Shown one piece after another: positions 51,518-61,532 of a stretch of DNA of 64,000 nt (position 1 is its first letter; the number at the start of each line of letters is the position of its first letter). This stretch comes from an uncultured cyanobacterium (lineage in GTDB: Bacteria; Cyanobacteriota; Cyanobacteriia; Cyanobacteriales; Nostocaceae). The notes under the pieces were generated by a model, which had not been told where the DNA came from, did not search any database, and was given only the letters and a program-made list of their open reading frames with translations. The translations under genes and the position numbers were made by a program. The stretch lies in assembly GCA_963740315.1 (NCBI GenBank), contig CAVUDP010000002.1:160001-224000 (forward strand). The letters run 5' to 3'.

Positions 51518-51976
51518 ATGTTTAACCAAAAATTAATACCATCAATTCTGATAGGTTTAAGCACTGTTTTCATTTCATCTAAAGTACTTGCAGAAAGTAC
51601 AAATGTCGAATTTAGTGGTGCTGTTTCACCAGTAACATCCATTGAATATGTCGAACAACCACCAGCAAATCTTAATGGTGGTTTTAGTTCAAATACCTTT
51701 GAAGCAACAGATCCAACGATTCTCAGACTTAACACCACCGCACCAATAAATGTCCAAGTAGCAGCCCCTGTTCCTGTCGATCTAACTGACCCAGATGGAA
51801 CTCAATATACTGGTTATCTACAATACGACGGAGGGGAAGTAGAACACGATACACCCGTTCTTATTAATCAAACTGGAGAGGTAGATTTAGGAGTGAGGAT
51901 GAAAGTTGTCCGACCTCAAGCTTTTCCAGCAGGAGAGTACACTTATATGGTACGGCTGAGTATAACTGCACAATAA
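51518..51976 (+). CDS. Pilin-like secreted subunit (minor)
   Basis: Signal peptide VLA|EST, NVEFSGAV N-terminal strand, C-terminal FPAGEYTYMVRLSIT. Confidence 0.7.
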   Translation: MFNQKLIPSILIGLSTVFISSKVLAESTNVEFSGAVSPVTSIEYVEQPPANLNGGFSSNTFEATDPTILRLNTTAPINVQVAAPVPVDLTDPDGTQYTGYLQYDGGEVEHDTPVLINQTGEVDLGVRMKVVRPQAFPAGEYTYMVRLSITAQ

Positions 51977-52228
51977 GGTTCACAATTAAATTAACCGATT
52001 TATATAGATTTTGCTATCAGCCCGGAATTAATTTTCGGGCAATTTTGCGTATTACTTTTTCTCAATATTAATTATCTTTTTGCGCTTGGTTTGTATAAAC
52101 TAACTTTTAACTAGCTTCCCGATCGCATTCTTCTGGTTGAGTATGTAGGGTATGTGAGAGCTACGAAGAATTTTAGATACAACTATAATAATTTGATATT
52201 GCTCTCACGCACCAAGTCATAATTAATC

Positions 52229-52483
52229 TTACTCATAATGAGTCCACATCCGAATTATTTTCACAACCTGCTCGGATTCGATGACCTCATACACTAGCCG
52301 ATGCTGTATATTAATCGGAAGAGAATACGCACCTGATAAATCACCAACGAGCTTTTCATAAGGTGGAGGATTTTGAAAAGGATTTTCTTTAAGCACTGCG
52401 AGTAATTCCTCTGCTTTATCCTTCAAGTTACTAGAAGCTAACTTCTTCGCATCTTTCTGCGCTTGTTTTGTATAAACTGACTT
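52229..52483 (-). pseudogene. yoeB: YoeB/Txe toxin, apparently start-less and degenerate
   Basis: VYTKQAQKDAKKL...NPFQNPPPYEKLVGDL.GAYSLPINIQHRLVY...MWTHYE; frame continues from the antitoxin TAG without a start; usual SRRI reads SLPI. Confidence 0.7.
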
Positions 52484-52723
52484 CTAACTAACTTCCCGAT
52501 CGCATTCATCAATAGAAGTTGCTAAACCTTCCTTAATAGATTCTCCCATTCCAGGGATAGATAATAAATAAAGACTTTCCTGAATCGCAACCCAATCTTT
52601 TTCTGCAAGCAGAATCGCATTACCATGCTCACCCTGAATAATAACGGGCTTACCGTCTTCTGAAACTTGCTTAATAAGTTCTTGTAAATTATTTTGAGCG
52701 TCGTTGATAGGAAACGAAGACAT
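52484..52723 (-). CDS. yefM: Phd/YefM antitoxin
   Basis: A..NL..LI..V.....PV.I....GNAIL....DW..IQESLYLLSIPGM.ESI.EG. Confidence 0.9.
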   Translation of the reverse strand: MSSFPINDAQNNLQELIKQVSEDGKPVIIQGEHGNAILLAEKDWVAIQESLYLLSIPGMGESIKEGLATSIDECDREVS

Positions 52724-53077
52724 TATACTTTTTTAACTCGGAACAATATTACTTTAGCTCATCTGGGGGAGAAAGGTAGGTTATGTAAAACGCGATCGCA
52801 ACACGGGGAGAGGGGAGGGTAAAAAAGTTATGAGTTATGAGTTTATAAGTAGTAAAGCCTGCATTATTTATATTTTTACTGCTAAGTTATAGAATCGTTC
52901 CCTATTCCTTACAAAAAAATAGTAATATTAATCACTGAATTTTCCAAATATCTTGATACGCGCTTTTGCTTCTGCATAAGATATAATACCATCTTGACAA
53001 AATACTCTTCTCGTTGAGAATATTCTTTTTAAGTTAATTTTATTGATTAACAAGTATGATAATAAAATTTCACAGGA

Positions 53078-53378
53078 ATGCATCTAATATCAGTTCGCAA
53101 CCTTCGCATTGATGCTGCTCAGTTTCCAGATGTTAAAAAGCAAGTTGAGGACTGGTATGCAACCGTTAGAAAAGCTGAGTGGAAAAATCTGGAAGATGTT
53201 CGTTTAATTTACAGGGATGCTTTTATCGGTAGGGAATTTTACTGTCTTCAATATAAAAGGTAATGCCTATCGTTTGATTGTTGGGATAGACTATGAGAAC
53301 CAAGTAATTTACTACAAATATTTACTTACACACGGCCAATACGATAAAGATAAGTGGAAAAATGACCCTTACTTTTGA
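53078..53378 (+). pseudogene. higB: HigB toxin with +1 frameshift near 53221-53224
   Basis: MHLISVRNLR...W then, after removing one T, SVGNFTVFNIKGNAYRLIVGIDYENQVIYYKYLLTHGQYDKDKWKNDPYF. Confidence 0.8.
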
Positions 53379-53760
53379 CAAAAACACTTACCGTAATCTT
53401 CTCACAGAAGTTATTCCCGTAGCAATTGAGACAGAAGAAGAATACGATCGCATTTTAAAAGTAGTTGAAGAGCTAACTTTTAAAAAGAATCGCACTACTG
53501 AGGAGAAAGCTTTACATAAATTACTTGTAATTCTAATAGAAGCTTATGAGACAGAAAATTATCCTATGGAAGAATCTGCTCCTCATTCCGTTCTTCAGCA
53601 TATTATGGAGTCTAGTGGAACTCGCGAAATTGATTTAGTAGGAATTATTGGCTCAAGTGATGTAGTATCAGAAATTGTAAATGGTGAGAGAGCGATTAGT
53701 AAAGCACAAGCCAAAGCCTTGAGCGAGTATTTTAAAGTTTCGTATAGTTTATTTATTTAA
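53362..53760 (+). CDS. higA: HigA HTH antitoxin
   Basis: MTLTFD...IETEEEY..L, LIEAYE, VVSEIVNGERAISKAQAKAL..YF. Confidence 0.9.
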   Translation: MTLTFDKNTYRNLLTEVIPVAIETEEEYDRILKVVEELTFKKNRTTEEKALHKLLVILIEAYETENYPMEESAPHSVLQHIMESSGTREIDLVGIIGSSDVVSEIVNGERAISKAQAKALSEYFKVSYSLFI

Positions 53761-53807
53761 TATGGAAAGGGGGTAGATTATTTTTACTAACTACTAACAA
53801 CTAACTA

Positions 53808-56549
53808 TTAATACCGTAAATTCAATTCCCCAAACGCTTCATCTGATTCCTTTAATTTCAACTCACCCGCTGGCTTCCCATTAATCTGTAACTCATATTC
53901 CCCTTCTTGCAATCCTTCTAAATAATAAACTCCCGCACCGTTGGTAACGGAAAATTTTCGTATATCTTTTCCTATAGCTTCTACTCTTGTACCTGCAACT
54001 GCTTTACCTTCACTATCGGTGACAACTCCGGTGCGGGTGTAGGAACGGGTAAAGGGTATCATTATCGGCGTATAGCTACCCGCTACAACATCTACAGCTA
54101 AAGCATTTTTACTGGTATGCCAATCTAACGGAAAGCCTGCTGCATCCAAGTCTAAGCGATAAGTTCCTGGTGGCAGACGTACTGTAATTCGGTCATTTTG
54201 AACGTGCGATCGCCAACTTTTGATAGATTTATTATTCACCATTAACAGCAAGTCTGAGTTTTCTGTATAAATTTCTTCGCCAGAATCTCTTTTACCGTTA
54301 TTATTACTGTCTAAAAACGGTTTAATTGTCAAACCCCCTTGAGTACGAAAGTATTTTGAACGTCTATCTCCTGGGCGAATTCCCTGTTGTAAGTTCAATC
54401 CTGAAACTAAATTTATACTAAAGCTGGAATCATTTCTGGTTAGCGAAACCCCTTGATAGCGTCCTTGCAGCATAACACCGGGTAAAACCGTAGTGCCCAA
54501 TGTTGCAACTAAGCCGTTACCTTGGGAACCCATACCGTAACCTAACTCTGCTTGCCACAGATAATTACCGTCGAAGGCACGTTGTGGCGAACGATACCGC
54601 CATCCAAGGGTAAGTAAGTTGTTGCTGTTACCGTTGTTGCTGCGGGTGTCGTAATTTAAAAGCAACGAGCTTCCGGTATTGGAATATCTAGCGTTAGAGA
54701 AATTATAGGCAAGTTCGGAAGAGGTGCCGATTTCATTTCCTTGGAGATTTAATCCGAGTTTACCCAGGCGTTGTAATAAATTCCAGCGCAAATTACTTTC
54801 GGTATCCAAGCTAGCGCGAGCAAAGGTATAGAAGTTTTTACCGCTGTAATTAAACTGCAATCCTGCTTCTGCTGGGTTGCGGTTGGAGGTATTCCCGAAT
54901 AAACTCAAGCCCGAAGATACCCGCCAATTAACATTAAAACGATTGGAAAGGCGATCGCTAGTAAACGATGCAGTAAAATTATTAGATGGTTCGTAGCGAA
55001 TATCTGAAATTACATCTACGCGATCGCCAGCTAATGCTGAAACTGCGACTTGTAAAGGAATATTTTTCGGACGATAAAATAATTCTGCCAACCCTTTCAA
55101 AGACTCGTCGTAAACTCCCCCAAACCCTACCGTAAGATTTTCCGATAAACCCAAACGTCTGGCAATTCCACCGCGAAATTCAGAGAAATTGCCGAATAAA
55201 TTATCATTTCCCGCAAAATCTCGCTGCAAACCACCCGATACAACCCAAGCCGAAGCACCAGCCGGAATTTGTCCGGGTACGGTAGTAAAAGTAGCCTCGC
55301 GAATTTCTGGTTGTGCTGTCAATCTTCCTTGAGGATAAAGAAAAACGCGGTAATTACCATATCCTCTTTGAGTGGTGATATTTTCAAAGCGGTAAATTCC
55401 AGAAGAATCAACCAAAACTTCGGCAATAACGTTATTACCAAAACCCTGCACCAATCTAACTAAAGTACCGGCTTCCGCTCTACCAGTTACAGTACGTCCG
55501 ATTTTGTCAGCTTGCAACCGTTGACGAGGATCGGAAGTACCACCAAAAGTTTGCGGAGGCTCAAATCCCTGACGTTGAATAAAAGTTAAACCCCAATATT
55601 CTCCACCAGTTCCCAATCTTTGCCAAAAACTTGGTTGAGAACCCACAAAATAATCTGCTTTATCGGTTTGTCGTAAATACTGCGCTTCCGATATCTTCCA
55701 ACTTCCTCTATCTCCCAAATCTGGTTGATTCGCACGCACAAACCACGAGCCATCAAAAGCCGTACCCACAGCTTGAAAATCTCCTCGAAAATTCGTCGAA
55801 CCTCCGCTACCGCTAGCATCTATCCTTTGTTCGACTGCGGCTATATTTAAATTCCCCGGTTGAAAGCGCGGTAATCCATCTATGATTACCGGAATTTCAG
55901 CTTGTGCGATTCTATTATTCGTTCTATTTTGCCAGGGTACATCGAAGACAACTGCATAGTCATTAATATCAAATTTTGCGCTGACTCCAAACAGCCTTTT
56001 TAAATCTGCAATTGAAAAAACCAACCCTAATTCCGAGTCATTGCGAAGCTGTTCGGGATTAATGCGAGTAACGATTCCCGGAGAGCGAACTTCTAACTGT
56101 CCATCCGGTAAAGTTGTCACGTTCAACTTCAAAACTTGAATTACCGCATCGTAAGGTATAAGCCAGTTTTGAAAATCAATTGCTTTGGAACCATCTTCAT
56201 TTCCCCGCACCAAAACACCCGCTTTGATATTACGTTTACCAATATTCAAGCCCACGGGAAACGTAGTAAAGTTATCTAAATCGATGTCTATCGAAGCATT
56301 ATAAGTATTTAAAGGCTTTTGCGAATTAATTTTCTCTTTTAATCGTAAATTTCGATAATTTTTTCTATTTTCGGCTTTACTTTGCTTCAATCTTGTAATT
56401 AGATCGTTAGAGCTTTCATCTGCTTTGTAATCATCTAACTTAATATCTTCTAACTCCGAATCATTAACAGTTGATTGAGCAATTGCTTTTGGAATTATGT
56501 TAAAAATTGCAATATAAATAAACGCTGACACCCAATATATTTTATGCAT
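53808..56549 (-). CDS. Usher-like outer-membrane protein with C-terminal prealbumin/carboxypeptidase-regulatory-like domains
   Basis: 913 aa, signal peptide, long run of amphipathic beta-strand-like segments, FLD.NNNGKRD.GE and G.V.D..G.....VEA...T...G.Y....L..G.Y modules; adjacent to chaperone and pilin-like genes. Confidence 0.65.
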   Translation of the reverse strand: MHKIYWVSAFIYIAIFNIIPKAIAQSTVNDSELEDIKLDDYKADESSNDLITRLKQSKAENRKNYRNLRLKEKINSQKPLNTYNASIDIDLDNFTTFPVGLNIGKRNIKAGVLVRGNEDGSKAIDFQNWLIPYDAVIQVLKLNVTTLPDGQLEVRSPGIVTRINPEQLRNDSELGLVFSIADLKRLFGVSAKFDINDYAVVFDVPWQNRTNNRIAQAEIPVIIDGLPRFQPGNLNIAAVEQRIDASGSGGSTNFRGDFQAVGTAFDGSWFVRANQPDLGDRGSWKISEAQYLRQTDKADYFVGSQPSFWQRLGTGGEYWGLTFIQRQGFEPPQTFGGTSDPRQRLQADKIGRTVTGRAEAGTLVRLVQGFGNNVIAEVLVDSSGIYRFENITTQRGYGNYRVFLYPQGRLTAQPEIREATFTTVPGQIPAGASAWVVSGGLQRDFAGNDNLFGNFSEFRGGIARRLGLSENLTVGFGGVYDESLKGLAELFYRPKNIPLQVAVSALAGDRVDVISDIRYEPSNNFTASFTSDRLSNRFNVNWRVSSGLSLFGNTSNRNPAEAGLQFNYSGKNFYTFARASLDTESNLRWNLLQRLGKLGLNLQGNEIGTSSELAYNFSNARYSNTGSSLLLNYDTRSNNGNSNNLLTLGWRYRSPQRAFDGNYLWQAELGYGMGSQGNGLVATLGTTVLPGVMLQGRYQGVSLTRNDSSFSINLVSGLNLQQGIRPGDRRSKYFRTQGGLTIKPFLDSNNNGKRDSGEEIYTENSDLLLMVNNKSIKSWRSHVQNDRITVRLPPGTYRLDLDAAGFPLDWHTSKNALAVDVVAGSYTPIMIPFTRSYTRTGVVTDSEGKAVAGTRVEAIGKDIRKFSVTNGAGVYYLEGLQEGEYELQINGKPAGELKLKESDEAFGELNLRY

Positions 56550-56701
56550 TGAAAATTTACAAAATAAGTTTATTAATAATCACAATAAAAAAAATCTCTC
56601 TTAATCTCTTTCCTCCGCGCTCTCAGCGTCTAGTAAGGTTTTTTCAGTAATCTCCTAGCAGAAAGAAAATAATAGTATTGTTTACCTTTGTAATTTCAAA
56701 C

Positions 56702-56822
56702 TAAGTAAGTCGGCGTTAAAAAATCAAGGTATGTCATTGCGAGTGAAACGAAGCAATCTCAAGGGTTTGATGATTGTTTACATTCTGTTACATGATTCGG
56801 TTTATTTGTGCCGACTTACTTA
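56702..56822. mobile_element. MITE-like element with 13-bp terminal inverted repeats
   Basis: taagtaagtcggc ... gccgacttactta. Confidence 0.75.
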
Positions 56823-57254
56823 CTAAAGTAATTACATTTAAGTAGCTGTAATTTTACACAAACATAATCACTAGTAATTCTAGTAATCTCAGCGACTCAT
56901 TTATAGCAACTTTACAATCGAATGATATCCGTGTAATCCGCAATTATGCCTTGAAAATTGAAGACTAATTACAAGAAAAAACGATGCTTTCACCAGCTTT
57001 TTCATAAAAATATGTTTGCGTAATCTCGCTGACGACAAATTTAGTTTATCAAAGCCATGATTTTTAATAACGAAGAGGTTTATTGCCGTCGTTGCTGAGA
57101 AGATAAAAGCAAGAATATTAGAATCATTAAAATTTTCACATTCTTGCTTTATTAACGCTTAATTTTGATTTATTCAAACTCGATCGAGCAACATTTAAGC
57201 TGTTATCTCAGTTTCAATTAATTAATCAATTTTCACTTACCGGAGATATTTTTT

Positions 57255-57743
57255 ATGATTCGTCGTTTAGCTTTAACTGCTGGTTTCGCTATTCTAGGTG
57301 CTGTAGCTTTTGCACCTAAAGCCCACGGACAGGCTGCACCTGCTGCACAGGAAGACGTTATGTTTGAAGGTACTGTTGGTTCTGTTTGTACATTAAGCGA
57401 TCCTACACCTGGTACCCTTGCTCTTGATGAAAATCCTAGTATTCTTAGTTCAGAAGCCGCTGGTGGTGAATCGGGTACTGTTACAGTTAACTGTACTGGT
57501 GAGAACCAAGTATCTGTTACATCAGTAACAGCGGGAGAAGTACCTGAAGGCTTTACTGCACAAAGTGCGATCGCAACACTTTCCGATGGTACTAATACTA
57601 CTAATAGTAATGCCCCTACGCCTTTAAACGTCACTAACGACGCTGATGTTCCTCTTGAAGTAGATTTAGTAGTTACAAGCGATACACCTTTACCTGCTGG
57701 CAGCTATGAATATACAGTAACCGTGAGTGCAACTCCTTCGTAG
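57255..57743 (+). CDS. Pilin-like secreted subunit, probable major subunit
   Basis: Signal peptide; DVMFEGTVGSVC donor-strand-like segment; Cys pair; LPAGSYEYTVTVSAT end; RBS ggaga; directly upstream of the chaperone. Confidence 0.75.
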   Translation: MIRRLALTAGFAILGAVAFAPKAHGQAAPAAQEDVMFEGTVGSVCTLSDPTPGTLALDENPSILSSEAAGGESGTVTVNCTGENQVSVTSVTAGEVPEGFTAQSAIATLSDGTNTTNSNAPTPLNVTNDADVPLEVDLVVTSDTPLPAGSYEYTVTVSATPS

Positions 57744-57830
57744 AAGATTTACTTCAATCCTTCCAAACAAAGAAGGAACCAATAAAACAAGATAATGGTT
57801 CCCTCACAGAATAAGATTTAAATTTTACTC

Positions 57831-57863
57831 AATCGGTTGGTGCCTGCAAGCTTCCAACCGATT
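57831..57863 (+). terminator. Hairpin between major pilin and chaperone genes
   Basis: aatcggttgg-N13-ccaaccgatt. Confidence 0.55.
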
Positions 57864-57928
57864 TACTCAGTATATCCCGATATATTTATCCCTTGTGTAA
57901 AATTAGCCATCAACTATTTAAACTATCA

Positions 57929-58753
57929 ATGAATTTTGCTTCTATCCGGAAATTAACATTACCGCTAGGTAGCGTCTTGCTATCTAGCTTTTTACTGTCG
58001 GGAATCGCCAAAGCCAATATTTCTATTTCCCCGATGGTGGTTGAAACTGAAGCCAAACGCGGACAAGCACAAGGTAGATTTAGCGTTTCTAACACAGATT
58101 CTCAAGACTTCCGCGCTCGCGTTTACACTTCACCTTTCACCTACGACAAGGAAACCGGATTCAAAACTTTATCTAAAAGTCCCACAGATTTAACGCCTTA
58201 CCTACAATTTTCTCCCAGAGAGTTACAAGTAGGTGCATCAAGCAAGCGGAATATTCGTTTTATCGTGCGTTTTCCCCCCAGCTTACCCGATGGTGAATAT
58301 CGCACAATGATTTTTACCGAAAACTTAAAAAGAGGAAGGATAACAGAAACCGATTCTAAAACCAACGTCACCCTGCAAACTAACATTATCCCTCGTATCG
58401 GCGTTGCTTTGTACGTTCGTAAAGGCGATGTTTCACCAAATTTAACTCCCGACAGCGCTAGATTTGACCCAAAAACCAACAATATTCAGCTATTAGTTAG
58501 CAACAAAGGTAAAGCATCCGCAATAGTAGCCGGAGATTGGCAATTAAAGAAAGGCAAAGAAGTAATTCAAAAAGGAAATATTTCCGATACAACAGTCTTA
58601 GCAGAAGGAGAGCGTTATCTTACCGCGAAATCCTTGAATAAAGAGTTGAAATTAGCACCGGGAGAGTATCAGTTAACTGGTGAATTGGGATGGGGAGTAA
58701 ATAAAAAAGAGCGGATTCCTTTTAACGTTAAATTGATGATTCCAAAAAATTAA
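57929..58753 (+). CDS. PapD-like pilus assembly chaperone
   Basis: Signal peptide; ISISPMVVE, FSVSN, FSPREL.V.....R.IRF, LPDGEYR..IF.E, L.VSNKG.AS, TVLA...R. Confidence 0.8.
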   Translation: MNFASIRKLTLPLGSVLLSSFLLSGIAKANISISPMVVETEAKRGQAQGRFSVSNTDSQDFRARVYTSPFTYDKETGFKTLSKSPTDLTPYLQFSPRELQVGASSKRNIRFIVRFPPSLPDGEYRTMIFTENLKRGRITETDSKTNVTLQTNIIPRIGVALYVRKGDVSPNLTPDSARFDPKTNNIQLLVSNKGKASAIVAGDWQLKKGKEVIQKGNISDTTVLAEGERYLTAKSLNKELKLAPGEYQLTGELGWGVNKKERIPFNVKLMIPKN

Positions 58754-58760
58754 TTGGCAA

Positions 58761-58818
58761 GTTCGTAGTAAGGACTTTTAGTCCTAAATCCAAGAACTAA
58801 AGTTCTTACTACGAACCT
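58761..58818. repeat. REP-like inverted pair between convergent genes
   Basis: gttcgtagtaagga...ttcttactacgaac; same family as the units at 3037 and 60140. Confidence 0.75.
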
Positions 58819-58821
58819 CTA

Positions 58822-59262
58822 TTACTCTGGTACAATCGTGACGCTAAGATTCACAGCATAATTATAAGTCCCCGGTGTAAATGAAACCGGACGTTCTACC
58901 CGCAATCCAACTTCTAAATTTGTATCCCCAGTAGGTAAATTAGCTATAGCATTACTCCCCTCGCTTCTAAGATTATTTGAGCCGAATTTTAAAAATCCTA
59001 TCCTTTTTGTACCACCTGGATCTTGCGAAGCACCAGATACAAAGTTGGGTGACAAAACTGTAATTTGAGCAGACGTATCAGCAGGAACGTTAACATTAAT
59101 AGTTGCGGGTACTACTGATTCTAATACTTTCAAATCTACTCCGGATGTCTCAATAACACCGGGTTGAGGATTGTTAAATTTTACTTCAGCTAGTGCAGTT
59201 GGAACAAAATTAATAAAACTTGTGAGTAATAATCCAGAGGCGATCGCCAAACGATATAACAT
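58822..59262 (-). CDS. Pilin-like secreted subunit lacking the N-terminal donor-like strand
   Basis: Signal peptide ALA|EVKF; C-terminal FTPGTYNYAVNLSVT. Confidence 0.7.
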   Translation of the reverse strand: MLYRLAIASGLLLTSFINFVPTALAEVKFNNPQPGVIETSGVDLKVLESVVPATINVNVPADTSAQITVLSPNFVSGASQDPGGTKRIGFLKFGSNNLRSEGSNAIANLPTGDTNLEVGLRVERPVSFTPGTYNYAVNLSVTIVPE

Positions 59263-59362
59263 TACAAAATAACCTAGTTAATCTAGCCCGATTTATATCG
59301 GTATGTCGATTACTTTGTAGCTATTTTTTATAATAAAGCACTTCCGCGATATTACTTAATTT

Positions 59363-59797
59363 CTATGGATTAACCATAGTTACAGTAACGTCATAAGTAT
59401 AAGTTCCTGGAGCATAAACTTGGTTTTTCAATAACAGATCGACTTCTACAGTATTCTTACCCGCAGGCAAAGTCACATTATTACCGTTAACTTGACTCGA
59501 ACCAATTTTTATCGCGGTATGTCCTGTAAGCTTGGGAGAAGAAACGGTAATTGTCATAGGGCTACTAGTTTGAACGCTAATTTTAGCAGGAGCTATGCTG
59601 TTAAAATTATTGGTACTTTTAGCGCCTTTACCAGAAATAGTTGATTCTATCTTGCCATTCGTATAACTGCTGAAACTAGCACGAGGTTCAACCACTCCGC
59701 TAAAGTAGACATTTACAGATTCAGCCAGCGTAATTTGATTCGAGATGCCGGTAAATGCGATCGCTAAGCAAGAAGCTGAAACTACACGATTAAGCAT
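59363..59797 (-). CDS. Pilin-like secreted subunit (minor)
   Basis: Signal peptide TLA|ESV; NVYFSGVV; C-terminal YAPGTYTYDVTVTMV. Confidence 0.7.
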   Translation of the reverse strand: MLNRVVSASCLAIAFTGISNQITLAESVNVYFSGVVEPRASFSSYTNGKIESTISGKGAKSTNNFNSIAPAKISVQTSSPMTITVSSPKLTGHTAIKIGSSQVNGNNVTLPAGKNTVEVDLLLKNQVYAPGTYTYDVTVTMVNP

Positions 59798-59957
59798 AAT
59801 AATTAGTTTTATGACTCTTTGTTATCCAGCTTTTATTAATACTGGAACGATATATAGTGAAAGAAGAATATCATAAACCAAGTAATATTACTTAAAATAG
59901 CCGATTAGCTTCACTAAAATTACGTAAAATCACCGAAAAAAACAAGATCCGATAAAC

Positions 59958-60193
59958 TACTAGTCTGTCCCATAAAAAATGCTGGGTGAGGGGGTGAGGG
60001 GGAAGAGGGGGGAGAAAAAACAATAGTTTTTAGGATACATCCATTACTTATTAATGGGACAGACTACTACTAGTCCAAATCATTAATTTTGACAGGTTCT
60101 ACGTGCCGGTTTGAACCCTAAATGTGGAGCGCTGAAGCGCTTACTACGAACCTTTTTCTTTTTACCCATCAAAATTAATGTGGCAAAGTACTA
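59958..60193. mobile_element. Two abutting MITE-like elements
   Basis: tagtctgtcccat...atgggacagacta, then a unit with cttactacgaacct of the 3000-3470 family. Confidence 0.65.
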
Positions 60194-60228
60194 CACTCAA
60201 ATCGACAACTTTGGGCAAAATCCAAAAT

Positions 60229-61431
60229 TCAATCAACCAAATCTAATATCCGATGCGCCATTTCCAATTTAGAACACATCGGAATCTCAACTTCCTTGCC
60301 GGAGCGATCGAGATATATGGCTTTATTCGTATCGCTACCGAAGCCGCTACCAATTTCATCTATTGGATTAGCAACGATCGCATCTAAATTTTTTGTTTGC
60401 AATTTCTCTCTAGCTGGTGTGATGATATCCCCAGTTTGGGCGGCGAAACCAATCAATTTTTGATTTTTTTGCTTGCAACTCGCCAATTCGGCTACGATAT
60501 CTCCGACATTCTCCAAAGCTAAAGCTTTCGGAAGCGCCTTCTTCGGTAACTTTTGCGAACTATATTCCCTCGGCTTCACATCCGCCACAGCCGCCGACAT
60601 AATAATTACATCCGCTTCCGGTAAATACCTCAACATTTGCGATCGCATTTCAGAGGCAGTATCTACAGTAATACCCCGCACGCCCAAAGGAAAATCCCAA
60701 TTTGCCGCACCACGTACTAAAGTTACATCCGCACCGCGATGTAGAGCCGCACGTGCCAAAGCTAACCCCATTTTACCAGTAGAGGGATTGCCGATAAACC
60801 GCACGGGGTCTAAATATTCTCGCGTACCCCCGGCACTAATTAAAATCTTTTTACCAGAAAAATCTCGCTTTCCTCTAGTTTGCAACAACGACTGTAGGTA
60901 ACTGACAATTTCTTGAGGCTCAGCCATTCTTCCCGCACCAACTCTGTCGCAGGCTAACAACCCTTCGGCGGTATCTAAACTATGAAAACGACTCAAACTT
61001 AAAACTTGTTGCCAATTGCGTTGTACCGTAACTTGCTGCCACATATCAGTATTCATTGCCGGTGCGAGCAATATGGGACAAGTCGAAGCTAAAACGGTAT
61101 TTAATAAAAGATTGTCAGCCATTCCATAAGCTAACTTTGCCAAAGTATTCGCCGTCAATGGTGCAATTAAAAAGACATCCGCCCATTCTCCCAACTCGAT
61201 ATGTAGGGGACGAGAATTAGTTGGTTGCCAAAAATCGCGATCGGTGTAAGCAGGGTGACGAGAAAGAGTAGCGAAAGTTAAAGGGGCGATAAACTGTTGT
61301 GCGGCATCGGTAAGAATTGTCCGTACTTCTACACCAGATTTAAATAAAGTAGAAACAACTTCACAAACCTTATAAGCAGCAATACCGCCACTTACACCAA
61401 CTAGCACCCGCTGTAATTTTGGATTAGGCAT
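60229..61431 (-). CDS. coaBC: Phosphopantothenoylcysteine decarboxylase / ligase
   Basis: [25 protein letters not shown]...[28 protein letters not shown]. Confidence 0.95.
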   Translation of the reverse strand: MPNPKLQRVLVGVSGGIAAYKVCEVVSTLFKSGVEVRTILTDAAQQFIAPLTFATLSRHPAYTDRDFWQPTNSRPLHIELGEWADVFLIAPLTANTLAKLAYGMADNLLLNTVLASTCPILLAPAMNTDMWQQVTVQRNWQQVLSLSRFHSLDTAEGLLACDRVGAGRMAEPQEIVSYLQSLLQTRGKRDFSGKKILISAGGTREYLDPVRFIGNPSTGKMGLALARAALHRGADVTLVRGAANWDFPLGVRGITVDTASEMRSQMLRYLPEADVIIMSAAVADVKPREYSSQKLPKKALPKALALENVGDIVAELASCKQKNQKLIGFAAQTGDIITPAREKLQTKNLDAIVANPIDEIGSGFGSDTNKAIYLDRSGKEVEIPMCSKLEMAHRILDLVD

Positions 61432-61532
61432 TTATCAATGAACAATTATCAATTATCAATAAATATCGTAAAACTCATATATACCAAAGTCTTACTAGGA
61501 TTGATAACTGATAACTGCTAACTGATAACTGT

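Noticed and set aside
56830..57254. c-di-GMP riboswitch or invertible phase switch upstream of the major pilin
   Set aside because: No GEMM-like motif recognised by eye and no recombinase nearby; an Infernal/Rfam scan would be decisive
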